Shown here in pieces: positions 23,691 through 35,825 of a stretch of DNA of 64,000 nucleotides (position 1 is its first letter; the number at the start of each line of letters is the position of its first letter). This DNA comes from Camelus dromedarius. Taxonomy: Eukaryota. The stretch spans positions 77,750,001-77,814,000 of the forward strand of contig NC_087436.1 in assembly GCF_036321535.1 (NCBI RefSeq). The letters are read 5' to 3'. The translations under genes were made by a program, and so were the position numbers. The notes beneath the pieces are model-generated. The model ran no database searches, was not told the DNA's origin, and saw only the letters and a list, made by a program, of their open reading frames with translations.

Positions 23691-25523
23691 ACAAAGAACC
23701 TTGAGATTTTTCATGGCATTTGGTACAATAATTCACACTGAGGCATTTATCTTACAGCAGTAATTTGAAGCAGACAATGAATTGTACATAATGATATTCA
23801 CTGTAGAAACATGGAAACAGTATAACTATTAATGGAGCAATAATTAATATATTATGCTGTATCCAGAGATAATGGAGCAGTAAGTCTATTGGTAGTGTGA
23901 GATAATTCTCATTTTACCCCATCTTTTCAATATTTAAGATTTAAAGATTATTGTAGGAAAAAAAAGATTAGTTTTCATGTACATTTCCTTTATTAATAAA
24001 TTGGAACATCTTATAAGCAAAAGCAAAACTGTTCCTCAGTTTTAGTACTTTCATCTTCTTGATCTTGGAACGAGACTATAGTCCCCATCATGAAGCTGGG
24101 TTAGTTGCATTCAAACTGAGATGAACAGAGATTAGACACCGTTTTGCCTTTTTGTATGATCTTTTACCATTTGCTCCTAGATTTTATAAAATATAGAAGG
24201 GAAAATGGCCACACACTGGGCTTCAAGTCAACTACTTCTAGTCAACTATAATCATTCAAGTATTCATTCATTGACCAAGTCATTCATTCAGCCAACAGAC
24301 TTTTATTCAACTCTGGGGATTTAAAATTTAAAAAGGCAAGGTCTCTGTCTTCTAGAATTTCACAGTCAAATAGAAAATGCTGTAACTTTGTAATCCATGC
24401 ATACATTCATTTAGCATGCTCTAATTCAGTCAACAAATATTTATTGGGCACCTGTAATGCGCCATTAGTAAAGCAGGTGGAAGAGCCACTTCTTGTCTTG
24501 TGGAATTCAATCAACTGGGGCTAGAAACCCAAATAAGTAATTAAAATATACTAAGTCACAATAAAACCAAGAGCAAAATTCTCTAGGAGGTCGGTGGAGA
24601 AAGTGGATATATGGTTAGGGAAGTGGAGGAAGATTTCTGACTTGCCAAAAGGCCGAGAAACAGGAGCACTGAGTCTGTGATCTGAAAGAGCCAAGTTCCA
24701 GGGCCACCTCCAAGTCGTTCTATCCTCTCTCAGCCTGAATCACAGCGTTGTGAATACATACAAACGTGACCACGTCTGTGCAGCACCCAGGACAGTGCTG
24801 ACCATCATAATTAGAGAAGTGATGGTGTTCTTTAGGCAGAAATGAATTGGGCACACATTCTAGGTGAGGAAAACCACATGTACAAAAGCTAGGAGACATG
24901 AAAAAGCATAGCGTATCCTGGAAACAGATGCAATAAAACAAAATAGAAAAAATTGGCAAAGCACCACAAGGTCCTTATTGAGGTAAAATCAGGATTCCAT
25001 TGTTTTCGTTCAAATATCACTCCCTGCAACACCTACAAAGAAAAACATAAAGTATAAAAGCCTTTGATAAAGGAAATCACAATGTTGAAAAAAGACAAAT
25101 AGGGGTAGCTTTCTGAGTATCAGCCTGGATAACGTTTTACAGTTTTTGTCAGAAAATGAGTCTGCATGGAAATGGGCTTTCCAGCTAGTGGAGGCAAAGA
25201 TATGATTCAGAGATTCCTGACACTTACTGTCATTTCCCCTCTTGGATGAAGTTGTGGCTTTGTCAACGTTGAATTTGGATTAAGAACCAGAAGAATGCCA
25301 CATTTGTAAACACTCTCTTGAACAGAAGGCCGTAGATTGTAAGTTTTTCAGGGATAGTTCTGTAAGTTTACACATAGAAGTGCGGCGGTGGCACTTCTTC
25401 CAGACCCGAGACACCTCAGCCGTGCAGGGACAGTGCTACCAGAGCATCTGTCCCCACCAGAGGTGCTGGAGGCTGGGAGAAGCTGGGCTGTGTGGCCACT
25501 TTGCACCCCATGAAATACAGCAT

Positions 25524-25977
25524 CTACATTAGCTCCCCGGGGCTGCCTTTAAAAACTGCCACAAACCAGACGCTTAAAACAACAGAAATGTATCGTCCCA
25601 CGGTTTTGGAGGCTAGTAGTTTGAAACCAAGATGCCAATAGTTCCATGATCCCTCTGAAACCTGAAAGGGAGACTCCTCCTTCACCTCTCTGTAGCTGCT
25701 GGTGATGGCCCTCAGTCCTTGGCATGCCTCGTCTTGTAGCTACAGCACTTCCAACTCTGCCTCCATCATCACACAGCATTCTCCCGTTGCTACTATTGTC
25801 CAGATTTCCCCTTTCCATTGGGGCACCAGTTATGTTGGCTCAGAGCCCACTCTAATGGCCTCATCTTAACTTGATCTCATCTGCAAAGACAAGCATCCAC
25901 GTAAGGTCACATTCACCGATACCAGAGGTTAGGACTGCAACATCTATTTTTGGTGGAATACAATTCAACCCATAACA
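25524..25977 (-). mobile_element. MaLR LTR (MLT1B/C-like)
   Basis: 'ccacaaaccagacgcttaaaacaacagaaatgtat' ... 'acaattcaacccataaca'. Confidence 0.85.
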
Positions 25978-26015
25978 GTACCCTCAGTCAATTAATTTTG
26001 GAACTGAATCTAGCA

Positions 26016-26016
<1 letters not shown>

Positions 26017-26071
<55 letters not shown>
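26017..26071 (+). repeat. (TG)n microsatellite
   Basis: Read directly. Confidence 0.97.
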
Positions 26072-26073
<2 letters not shown>

Positions 26074-26219
26074 TGGTGGTGGTGGGAGTGAGACAGAGTC
26101 CCTCTTTCACCCATCCAAAACCTACCTGAAATAATGCAGAGTCATAAAAGTAATATATCAGAGTGCCTTTGAATCACAATGTTTAAAGTCAATTTAGGTA
26201 TCATTTATGAGATGAGGAG

Positions 26220-26700
26220 TAATTTGTTTTGTCTAGAAAATAAATTTGGGCCAAATTATGAAACATCAAGGTATTTGTACATGACCATTTAGGAACTGAG
26301 GAGCTATTGATATTTCTAAGTAACAAAATGATATGATGAGACTTGTGTCATAGAAATGTTGCTCTGGTGATAGTGTGAGTAATGAATGGTACAGGGAAAA
26401 TATTAGAGGCAGAAATAGCAATTAGAAAATCACTGTAAGAGTCTGGAGAAAGAAACTGACTGGGGAAGGCTAGGGATATATGTGTATATGGCAGGGGACA
26501 GGTATGCTGGGCTGGTGACCAGAAAGAAGAGAGAAGGGGCATAAGTAGGAACATTCTGAGTGAACTATTGGATGTGACTAGTAAGAAAGATGAAAGAAAT
26601 GAGATCAGCTCTGAAGTGATGAGCTTGGTTAAGTGGGAATGGTAGACCACCATTAATTGGGATGGAAAGCACAGGAGAAAATGCAGATTCTGTAAGCAGT
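26220..26700 (-). mobile_element. L2 fragment
   Basis: 'aaatgatatgatgagacttgtgtcatagaaatgttgctctggtgatagtg' and similar antisense L2 motifs. Confidence 0.55.
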
Positions 26701-26899
26701 GAAGTGAATAACAATACAGTATAGAGGACGCTATACAAGGATGACAAAGGCGCGGATGCTATTACAAATATTTGTGAAAAACTGCCTTTGTCTGGGCAGC
26801 TATAGAAGGACACTGAGGTGCAGTGTCCTCTACTCTAAAGGTAGGCAGTTACCTCATACTCAAAATGTCCCGAAGGATTGATTTTCCCCTTTACTGTCC

Positions 26900-27735
26900 C
26901 CTTTACTGTCAACTCCACTCCCCTACAACCAGTCCTGTATTCCCTGCTTTGGTGGGTAGCACCACCAATTACCTCTCTCTTAAACCATGAATCTGTTCCC
27001 TTCCTCAATGCCTCCCTCTCCCCAAATCCTCATCTCTAGTCATCAAGTCTTGCCCATCCCGTCTTTTAAATCTCTTGAACTGACCTTGCCTCTTCATTTC
27101 CATTGCCTCTGCTTTCCTGAAATTCCCAGTCTTCTCACATCTGCTTTATTGTCATAGCACCTTACCACAAAGTCCACCAGTGCACTTGAACTCACTCCTG
27201 CAATCCAGCCAAAGTGCTCTTTGCAGAATGCAAGTCTGGTCATATTGCTGTGAGACTTAGCAGTCTCACATTACTGAGACTTAGCAGTCTCACATTACTA
27301 AGACTTAGCTTATCCATCTTAAGACCTCTCCCTGCTCCCTGCTTCACAGCCAAAGAAAGTCCAAACTCCATAACATGTCCTAAGTAGCCTTGCATGTTGT
27401 TGCTCCTTCATATCTCTAGACTTTGTTTCCTTCTAGTACATTCTAGCACATTTAAAAATGTTAGAACTTTATAACCTCTGAGTGCTTCTTGCTTCTTCTT
27501 TGCATGTTGTTTCCTCCAGCTGAGTGTCCTTCCTGCTCTGCCCCCCTGGAATCAACTCCCCTTTCATACTCTCCCTGACACTTCCGTGCATAAATCCTCT
27601 TCCTCACTTTCTCTCTCCTACTTCTGTATCATGACGTACTCCCCCTGTTACACTTAGAACAACACTGTGTGTCATTTTTGATGTAGCTGACTCCCCAAGT
27701 CACCCACAATCTCCCTGAGGGCAGGACTGTCCAAA
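26900..27735 (+). mobile_element. L2 fragment containing a small tandem hairpin insertion
   Basis: 'cagccaaagtgctctttgcagaatgcaagtctggtcat' ... 'aaagtccaaactccataacatg' ... 'ctccctgagggcaggactgt'. Confidence 0.7.
27251..27309 (+). repeat. 24-bp tandem repeat, ~2.5 copies, each full unit internally palindromic
   Basis: tgagacttagcagtctcacattac x2 exact (27251-27274, 27275-27298) plus taagacttagc. Confidence 0.95.
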
Positions 27736-29062
27736 TTCCATTTCACGGGCATATGGGGCATCTATTTTGTTTCATGCACTGTGCTTTTGCTCAAGATACA
27801 AAGATGAATGGGTTCCTCACTTCAAGTTTCTGGAGCCTGTGGACCAAAGAATTGGATGATTCAGATATTGAAAAGGTGCTTATAGCCTAATAGGAGAGTC
27901 GAGAAAATAAAAAATGTCAAGAGAAAAAACAAGTTGGTACAGTCAGAAATGAATTAGGTCAGAATTTTAATGGAGTTTAGTTAAAAGCCACTGCAAGCCA
28001 TACAGGCCACGGTAGCTACAGTATTATCTTTAAAGCAAACCATACAGATCAAAACGGAACAAAGTGAGAGTGAATTTCCAAATATAAAAATGATGACATT
28101 TCTCAGTTCTTTTGAAGAAGTCACTAGACCGATACATTGCCTCTGACATTTTATTTGCACTAACTAAAAACTCTCAACTCTGCTTTGCTCCAGTCAAAAT
28201 AAAGAAATGGTATAAAAATAAATGTATTTTGAAAAATAGTAGTGTCAGTAAGGGATTCATTTTTTAATCAGAACTGACCTCCAGAATCTTCTGACTTGGC
28301 TCTGCCTGCACTGCCAGCAACACCCGTAATCCAGCCACACCCCTTTCTCCCCAGGGATCAGTGCAGTCACTCATGTCTGATCTGAATGCCCCTCCTCCTC
28401 CCTTGCTTTCTGACATTCTCTTTTGCTCCTAAGGTCCAGTCCCCAATTTAGCTTGCAGGTCACTGCATGATCTGCCCTGAGCTGTAATCCCCACACCAAC
28501 AGAAGCTTCCTACATTCAGTCTAAAACACTCCGAACACTTTCCCTTCCCGGGACCTTTGTTAAAGATGAGATTAAACAAAAAGACTCAGCATCTCTAGAT
28601 CAGTAAAATTCTCTTGAAATTATTTGATATTTGAAATTTCAAAAGTAAAAGCACTAACAGTCATGGTGGGCAAATTCTGCATCTGGTAGAACTGCTTCCA
28701 CCTATTTTGTGGTTTAGTCCTGTTTTGATTTTGAACTATACAGGTATGACATGTGCCTTGGAGAAGAGGAGAGCGATCCCCTTTTTAGAATTGAAGTTTT
28801 CTTAAGGTCTTAATTTAATCCTGTCTCACTGTGTGAATGAAGGCTTCCTCTTAATCTTCCACCAAAGGGTATCACCTTACATTAACCATCCTTAGAGAAG
28901 CCTTGATGACCCTCTTATACTGCACAGCACTCTTTCCTGTTAAAATCCCACTTGTTCCTCAATTCTTTCATTCCATGGCCTGGGTCTAGGCTGCCATCAT
29001 CCTTCACCTGGAGTACTTCAGCTACTTTACCACTGGTCTCTACCCCTACTTCTAATCCTTTC

Positions 29063-32000
29063 TTGTTTTTTTTAACTTTTTTTATTGAGTTATAGTGATT
29101 TTACAATGTTGTGTCAAATTCCAGTGTACAGCACAATTTTTCAGTTATACATGAACATATATATATTCATTGTCACATTTTTTTTTTTGCCGTGAGCTAC
29201 CATAAGATTGTGTACATATTTCCCTGTGCTATACAGTATAATCTTGCTTATCTATTCTACATTTTGAAATCCCAGTCTATCCCTTCCCACCCCCCACCCC
29301 CTTGGCAACCACAAGTTTGTATTCTATGTCTATGAGTCTTTTTCTGTTTTGTATTTAATGTTTTTTTTTTTTTTAGATTCCACATATATACAATCTCATA
29401 TGGTATTTTTCTTTCTCTTTCTGGCTTACTTCACTTAGAATGACATTCCCCAGGAGTATCCATGTTGCTACTAATGTGTTATGTTGTCAGTTTTTATGGC
29501 TGAATAGTATTCCATTGTAGAAGTATACCACCTCTTCTTTATCCAGTCATCTGTTGATGGACATTTAGGCTGTTTCCATGTCTTGGCTATTGTAAATGGT
29601 GCTTCTATGAACATTGGGGTGCAGGTGTCATTTTGAAGTAGGGTTCCTTCTGGATATATGCCCTGGAGTGGGATTCCTCGGTCATATGGTAAGTCTCTTC
29701 CTAGTCTTTTGAGGAATCTCCATACTGTTTTCCACAGTAGCTGCACCAAACTGCATTCCTACCAGCAGTGTAAGAGGGTTCCCCTTTCTCCACAGCCTCT
29801 CCAGCATTTGTCATTTGTGGACTTTTGAATGATGTCCATTCTGACTGGTGTGAGGTGATACCTCATTGTAGTTTTGATTTGCATTTCTCTGATATTTAAT
29901 GATAGTGAGCATTTTTTAATGTGGCCTATTTATCATTTGTATTTCTTCCTGGAGAATTGCTTGTTTAGGTCTTTTGCCCATTTTTGGATTGGGTTTTTTT
30001 TTTCTTATTAAGTCTTATGAGCTGCTTATATATTCTGGAGATCAAGCCTTTGTCAATTTCATTTGCAAAAATTTTCTCCCATTCCGTAGGTTGTCTTTTT
30101 ATTTTACTTATTGTTTCCTTTGCTGTGCAGAACCTTGTAAGTTTAATTAGGTCTCATTTGTTTATTCTTACTTTTATTTCTATTGCTTGGGTAGACTGCC
30201 CTAGGAGAACATTTTTGAGATGTATGTCAGATAATGTTTTGCCTACATTTTCTTCTAGGAGGTTTATTGTATCTTGTCTTGTGTTTAACTCTTTGATCCA
30301 TTTTGAGTTTATTTTTGTGTATGGTGTAAGGGAGTGTTCTAACTTCATTGTTTTACATGCTGCTGTCCAGTTTTCCCAACACCATTTGCTGAAGAGGCTG
30401 TCTTTATTCCACTGTATATTCTTGCCTCCTTTGTCAAAGATTAGCTGACCAAAAGTTTGTGGGTTCATTTCTGGGCTCTCTATTCTGTTCCATTGGTCTA
30501 TATGTCTGTTTTTGTACCAATACCATGCTGTCTTGATTACTGTAGCTCTATAGTATTGTCTGAAGTCTGGGAGAGTTATTCCTCCAGCCTCTTTCTTTTT
30601 CTGCAGTAATGCTTTGGCAATTCTAGGTCTTTAGTAGTTCTATATAAATTTTATTATGATTTGTTCTAGTTCTGTGAAATATGTCCTGGGTAATTTGATA
30701 GGGATTGCATTAAATCTGTAGATTGCCTTGGGCAGTGTGACCATTTTAACAATACTGATTCTTCCAATCCAGGAGTATGGGATATCTTTCCATTTTTTAA
30801 AGTCTTCCTTAATTTCCTTCATCAATGCTTTATAGTTTTCTGTGTATAATTCTTTCACCTCCTTGGTTAGATTTATTCCTAAGTATTTTATGACTTTGGG
30901 TGCTATCTTAAAGGGGATTGTTTCTTTACTTTCTTTTTCTGTTAATTCATCATTAATGTAAAGAAATGCACCTGATTTTTGAACATTAATCTTGTAACCT
31001 GCTACCTTGCTGAATTCTTCCATCAGATCTAGTAGTTTTTGCGTGGTCCTTTTAGGGTTTTCTGTATATAGTAAGATGTCATCGGCATATAGTGACACTT
31101 TTACCTCTTCTTTTCCAATTTGGATCCATTTTATTTCTCTCTCTTGCCTGATTGCTGCGGCTAAGACTTCCAAGACTATGCTGAATAGGAGTGGTGATAG
31201 TGGGAAGCCTTGTCTTGTCCCAGATTTTAGTGGGGAGCTTTTGAGTTTTTCACTGTTGAGTACTATGCTGGCTGTAGGTTTATCATATATAGCTTTTATG
31301 ATGTTGAGATATGTTCCCACTATACCCACTTAGGTGAGAGTTTTTATCATAATGGGTGTTGAATTTTATCAAATGCTTTTTCTGCAACTATTGAGATGAT
31401 CATGTGGTGTTTGTCCTTTCTCTTGTTGATGTGATGTATTACATTGATTGATTTGCATATGTTGAACCACCTTTGTGTCCTTGGGATGAACCCCACTTGA
31501 TCATGATGTATGATCTTTTTTATGTGTTGTTGGATTCTATTTGCTAATATTTTGGTGAGGATTTTGGCATCTGTGTTCATCAGTGATATTGGCCTGTAGT
31601 TCTCTCTTTTGGTAGTGTCTTTGCCTGGTTTTGGTATCAGGGTGATGGTGGCTTTGTAGAATGAGTTTGGGAGTATTTCCTCCTTTTCAATCTTCTGGAA
31701 GAGTTTGAGAAGTACTGGTATGAGTGCTTCTTTGTATGTTTGATAGAATTCCCTGGTGAAGCCATCCGGTCCTGGACTTTTATTTGTAGGGGTTTTTATT
31801 GCTAATTCGATTTCATTTCTAGTGATCGGTTTGTTCAAGTGGTCAGTTTCTTCTTGGTTCAGTCTTGGTGGACTGTATTTTGCCAGAAACTTGTCTATCT
31901 CCTCTAGGTTATCCAATTTGGTTCCATAATATTTTCATAATATTCTCATATGATATTCTGTGTTTCTATGTTATTTGTTGTAATTTCTCCATTTTCCTTT

Positions 32001-32596
32001 CTTATTTTGCTAAAATGTGCTCTCTCTTTTTTCTTCTTTGTGAGTTTGGCCAGAGGTTTGTCGATTTTATTTACTTTTTCAAGAAACCAGCTTTTGGTTT
32101 GATTGATTTTTTTCTATTTTTTTTTTTATCTCCATTTTATTTATTTCCTCCCTGACCTTTATTATTTCCTTCCTTCTGCTGCCTTTTGGGGCTTTTTGCT
32201 CTTCTTTTTCTAATCCCTTTAGCTGGTGGGTTAGAGTGTTTATTTGAGGTTGTTCTTCTTTTTTGAGGAAGGCCCGTATCGCTATAAACTTCCCTCTTAG
32301 CACTGCCTTTGCTGAGTCCCATAAATTTTGTGTGGTTGTGTTTTCATTTTCATTTGTCTCAAGGCATTTTTTAATTTCAACTTTAATTTCATCATTTGCC
32401 CGTTGGTTTTTTAATAGCATGTTGTTTAATCTCCATGCTTTCCCTTTTTTCTCCTTTGTTTCTCTGTAGTTGATTTCTAGTTTCATGGCATTGTGATCAG
32501 TAAAGATGCTTGAGATAATTTCTATCATCTTAATATTTGTTGAGGCTTCTTTTGTGCCCAAGTAGATGATCAATCCTAGAAAATGTTCTATGTGCA
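29063..32596 (-). mobile_element. 5'-truncated, relatively young L1 (3.5 kb) with disrupted ORF2
   Basis: ORF track fragments cover the end of the endonuclease domain, the RT domain ([23 protein letters not shown] at 31078-31089) and the C-terminus. Frameshifts are present, plus a TAG at 29759-29761 in the Cys-rich motif. Perfect TSD ctaatcctttc at 29052-29062 and 32597-32607. Confidence 0.97.
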
Positions 32597-32607
32597 CTAA
32601 TCCTTTC

Positions 32608-33205
32608 AATACATAATCCACACAGCAGCAGACTGTTCTTAGACTAGGTCACATCCCTCTCTGCTTAAAATCCTTCAGTGGCTTCCCATTTCACTAGAAT
32701 AATATCAGTGCTTCTCTTGCTGTTCCATGAAAGCCCTGTGGTCTGGTTCCTGCCCCACATGGCTCACCACCCTGGACAGCACTGGTCATCAGACTTCCAT
32801 TAAGATTCCTGCTCCATTGGTCATGACCCTTCACCCCCAGGGCTTCGTACTTCCTCTTTCCTCTGCCTGGAAATGTTCCACCTCTTCTTAAAATGACAGC
32901 ATCTTTCATCTTTGGATCTCAGCTTAAATATCACCTTCTCTTGGAAATCTTATCAGCTTACAGCCTCTAAAGACAGCCCCACTTTTGTCCCTTTCTTTGT
33001 CTATTCCTTTTTCCATAACATTTGTCACAAGTTATGGTTAAGTCTTTGTTTATTTATAATTAATTCACTGATTGGGCTTTGGGGCTGTCTCTCATACTAG
33101 AAAGTGAGCGCCATAAAAAAGAGGCATCTCTGACTCAGTCCCTTTGTTATTCCCAGTTAACTGGCTCATAATAAGCCATTCAATACATGTTTATTGAATG
33201 AGTAA
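32608..33205 (+). mobile_element. L2 3' part (its upstream piece at ~28960-29062 lies on the other side of the L1)
   Basis: 'ccacacagcagc...gtcacatccctctctgcttaaaatccttcagtggcttccca' ending 'caatacatgtttattgaatgag'. Confidence 0.78.
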
Positions 33206-34238
33206 TCCTTTATTACACACTTTATAGTTATATTCATATGAATTTTTACAATTTTAATTATATCTGTATGTGTTCTTTTATTGACTTAATATCTTTTTAT
33301 TTACTAAAGTTCTATGAGAGTGAAGATCAAGTTCATTTTGTTCTCTCATGTATTACTGGGCCCTTGCAAGTAATAAGACCTTTACCATTATTTATTCAAT
33401 AAGTAAATGCATTAATTAATTATCAATCAGTGGAAGACACTTAAAAAGTTAATATTAAAAGGTCCAGACAATCCATTGTGTTAAAACAAAGCTCTGCTTT
33501 CAATAATCTAAACTTGGGAAAGGTGGGTTTCAACAAGTAATGACTTACTGTGACCCCTTTAATTGTTTAATTCTATCCATAAAAATTAAGATCTAATAAC
33601 CAACCTGTTGGATAGAAAGTTCACTTTCTTTTTTTTTTTTCATCAGTGATCCAGTATTGTACATTTGCATCTGCTTGAAACAAAATATTCATTTATGGGG
33701 ATAGAATGTATTTAAAAGCATCTATGATGTTTTAACAACCTAGTCCTTCCTTTTTGGATATTGGCCTCAGTATAATTTTTTGATGGAAAATTCTGTTCAA
33801 GAGATTTTCAGAATTGATATTGGAGCATAATCTTGACTCACACTTCTGATCTGTGGAAAAGTTTTAGTTCCATGATGTCAAATGGCTGTTTGGTAGATGG
33901 CCAAAATGACAAGACCCTGTATCTCATTTTAAGAGGTGGAGTCTATGTTCCTAACTGTTGAATCCATGCTGGTCCTGGAACTTGTTTTAATAAATAGAAT
34001 ATGGCAAGAATGATATTGTGCCAGTTCTAAGTCTCAGTCTTAAAAGGCCGTATAGCTTCTGTTCTTGCTTTCTGAGAAATCTGCAAAAGCCATGTAAATG
34101 ATCTTGGCTAGTCTGCTGGAAGATGAGATAATCCATAGAGAGAGACCCCAGTTCTTACAGTTGTTCCAGCTTAAACCATCATAATCAGCCAGCCTGGCCA
34201 ATCCACCAGCTGCCTGCAGATGCATGAGAATGCCCAGC

Positions 34239-34287
34239 TACATTAGTTAAGGCTGTTATAACAAAGACTGAATGGATTAAAGCAGAT

Positions 34288-34347
<60 letters not shown>

Positions 34348-35265
34348 AGAGAGAGAAAGAGAGACAATGCAGTATAACTCACCCATGAAAAAGAATGAAT
34401 TCTTGCCATTTGCAACAACATGAACAGACCTGGAGGTTATATGTTAAGTGAAGTAAGTCAGGCAAAGAAACATAAATACTGTATAATTTCACTTACATGG
34501 AGAATCTAAGAAACAAAACAAACAAAATAGAAACAGATTCATAGGTACAGAGAACAAACTAGTAGTTGCTGGGGCAGTGGGGGGTGGTTAGGCAAAAATA
34601 GGTGAAGGGGATTAAGAAGCACAAACTTCCACCTATAAAATAAATGAATCACAAGGATGTAATATACAGCATAAGGAAAATAGTCAATAATACCATAATA
34701 ACTTTGTAAGAGGACATATGATTACTAGACTTATCATGGGTGATTATTTTGTAATATATTTAAATGTCAAATAAGTATGTTGTACACCTGAAAATAACAT
34801 AACATTGTACATCAACTCTACTTCAATTTAAAAAATACAAATTACCACAGACCTAGTGACTTAAACAATAGAAATTAAAAGCAAATTTCTCAAAGTTCTG
34901 GAGGCTGGAAGTCTGAGATCAAAGTTGGCAAGGTCAGTTCCTTTGGAAGGCTCTGAAGGAAGGATCTGTCCCAGGCCTCTCTCCTTGGCTTACAGACACC
35001 TGTCTTCATGTTGACATGGTGTTCTCCCTTTATCTTCACGTCATCCTCCCCTTGTATGCACCTGTGTCCACATTTCCTCTTCTTATAAGGACACCAGTCA
35101 TGTTGGATTGGGGCCCCTAATACTAATGACCTCATTTTACCTTAATTACTTTTATAAAGGTTCTATCTCCAAATATAATAATATTCTGAGGTACTGGGGG
35201 TTAAGACTTCATCATATGAATTTGAGAGGGCTGGGTGGGAGAATAACATAATTCAACTCATAATA
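34239..35265 (-). mobile_element. MaLR LTR (MLT1B/C-like), itself split by an L1
   Basis: 'ttaccacagacctagtgacttaaacaatagaaatt...gttctggaggctggaagtctgagatcaa'; 5-bp TSD ccagc (34234-34238) / ctagc (35266-35270). Confidence 0.8.
34266..34836 (+). mobile_element. L1 3' end containing a (TG)n(AG)n microsatellite (~34290-34363)
   Basis: 'ttgccatttgcaacaacatg...taagtgaagtaagtcagg...tgtacacctgaaaataac...cttcaatttaaaaaa'. Confidence 0.85.
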
Positions 35266-35472
35266 CTAGCAAAGATCAGAAAACCAAGGAGAACTGCCCA
35301 GCTCAGCCTAGCCCAAATTACTGACATCTGAAATGGATGGCAATATATATAGGTGTTGTTTTAAATTATTAAGTTTTAGAGTCATTTGTTACACAGCGCA
35401 GGTTAACTGACACAGCCATATTTAATTGAATTTCAGTATGTTTACTACTTACTTGGTTTCAAGACTGTAGAC

Positions 35473-35825
35473 TATAGCAGTCTTTTTGTTAGAGCGCTAA
35501 CAAAATACCATAGGTGGGTGGCTTAAACAACAAACATTTACTTCTCAGATTTCTGGAGGCTAGGAAGTGCAAGATCAAGGTACTGGTAGGTTTGGTGTCA
35601 GATGTGAGCTCTCTTTCTGGTTCATATGATGCCATCTTCTCCCTGTGGAGAAGGATGAGGGGGCTTTCTGACTGAAGTCTGTTTTATAAGAGAACTAATC
35701 CTATCATGAGGGCTCCACTCTCTGACAGAATCACCTCCCAAACACTCCCTTCTCCCAATACCATTACTTGGGGATTAGGTTTCCACATGTGGATTTTGAG
35801 CGATACAAACCTTCAATTTATAGCA
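35473..35825 (-). mobile_element. MaLR LTR (MLT1A-like)
   Basis: 'aacaaaataccataggtgggtggcttaaacaacaaacatttacttctcag'; flanking direct repeat gtagac at 35467-35472 and 35826-35831. Confidence 0.85.

Larger units (their letters stand above)
33887..35414 (+). mobile_element. Old MaLR LTR (MLT1G/H-like) split by a second MaLR; outer pieces ~33887-34238 and 35266-35414
   Basis: 'agaggtggagtctat...atagaatatggc' then, after the insert, 'gaactgcccagctcagcctagcccaaatt...ttgttacacagc...aactgacaca'. Confidence 0.7.

Noticed and set aside
27251..27309. Palindromic repeat resembling a CRISPR repeat
   Set aside because: No unique spacers, only ~2.5 units, mammalian context and no cas genes.
29471..32621. 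Reverse transcriptase and endonuclease ORFs as a novel RT system
   Set aside because: Collinear broken pieces of ordinary L1 ORF2 with a poly(A) tail and TSD; no ORF1 or promoter.
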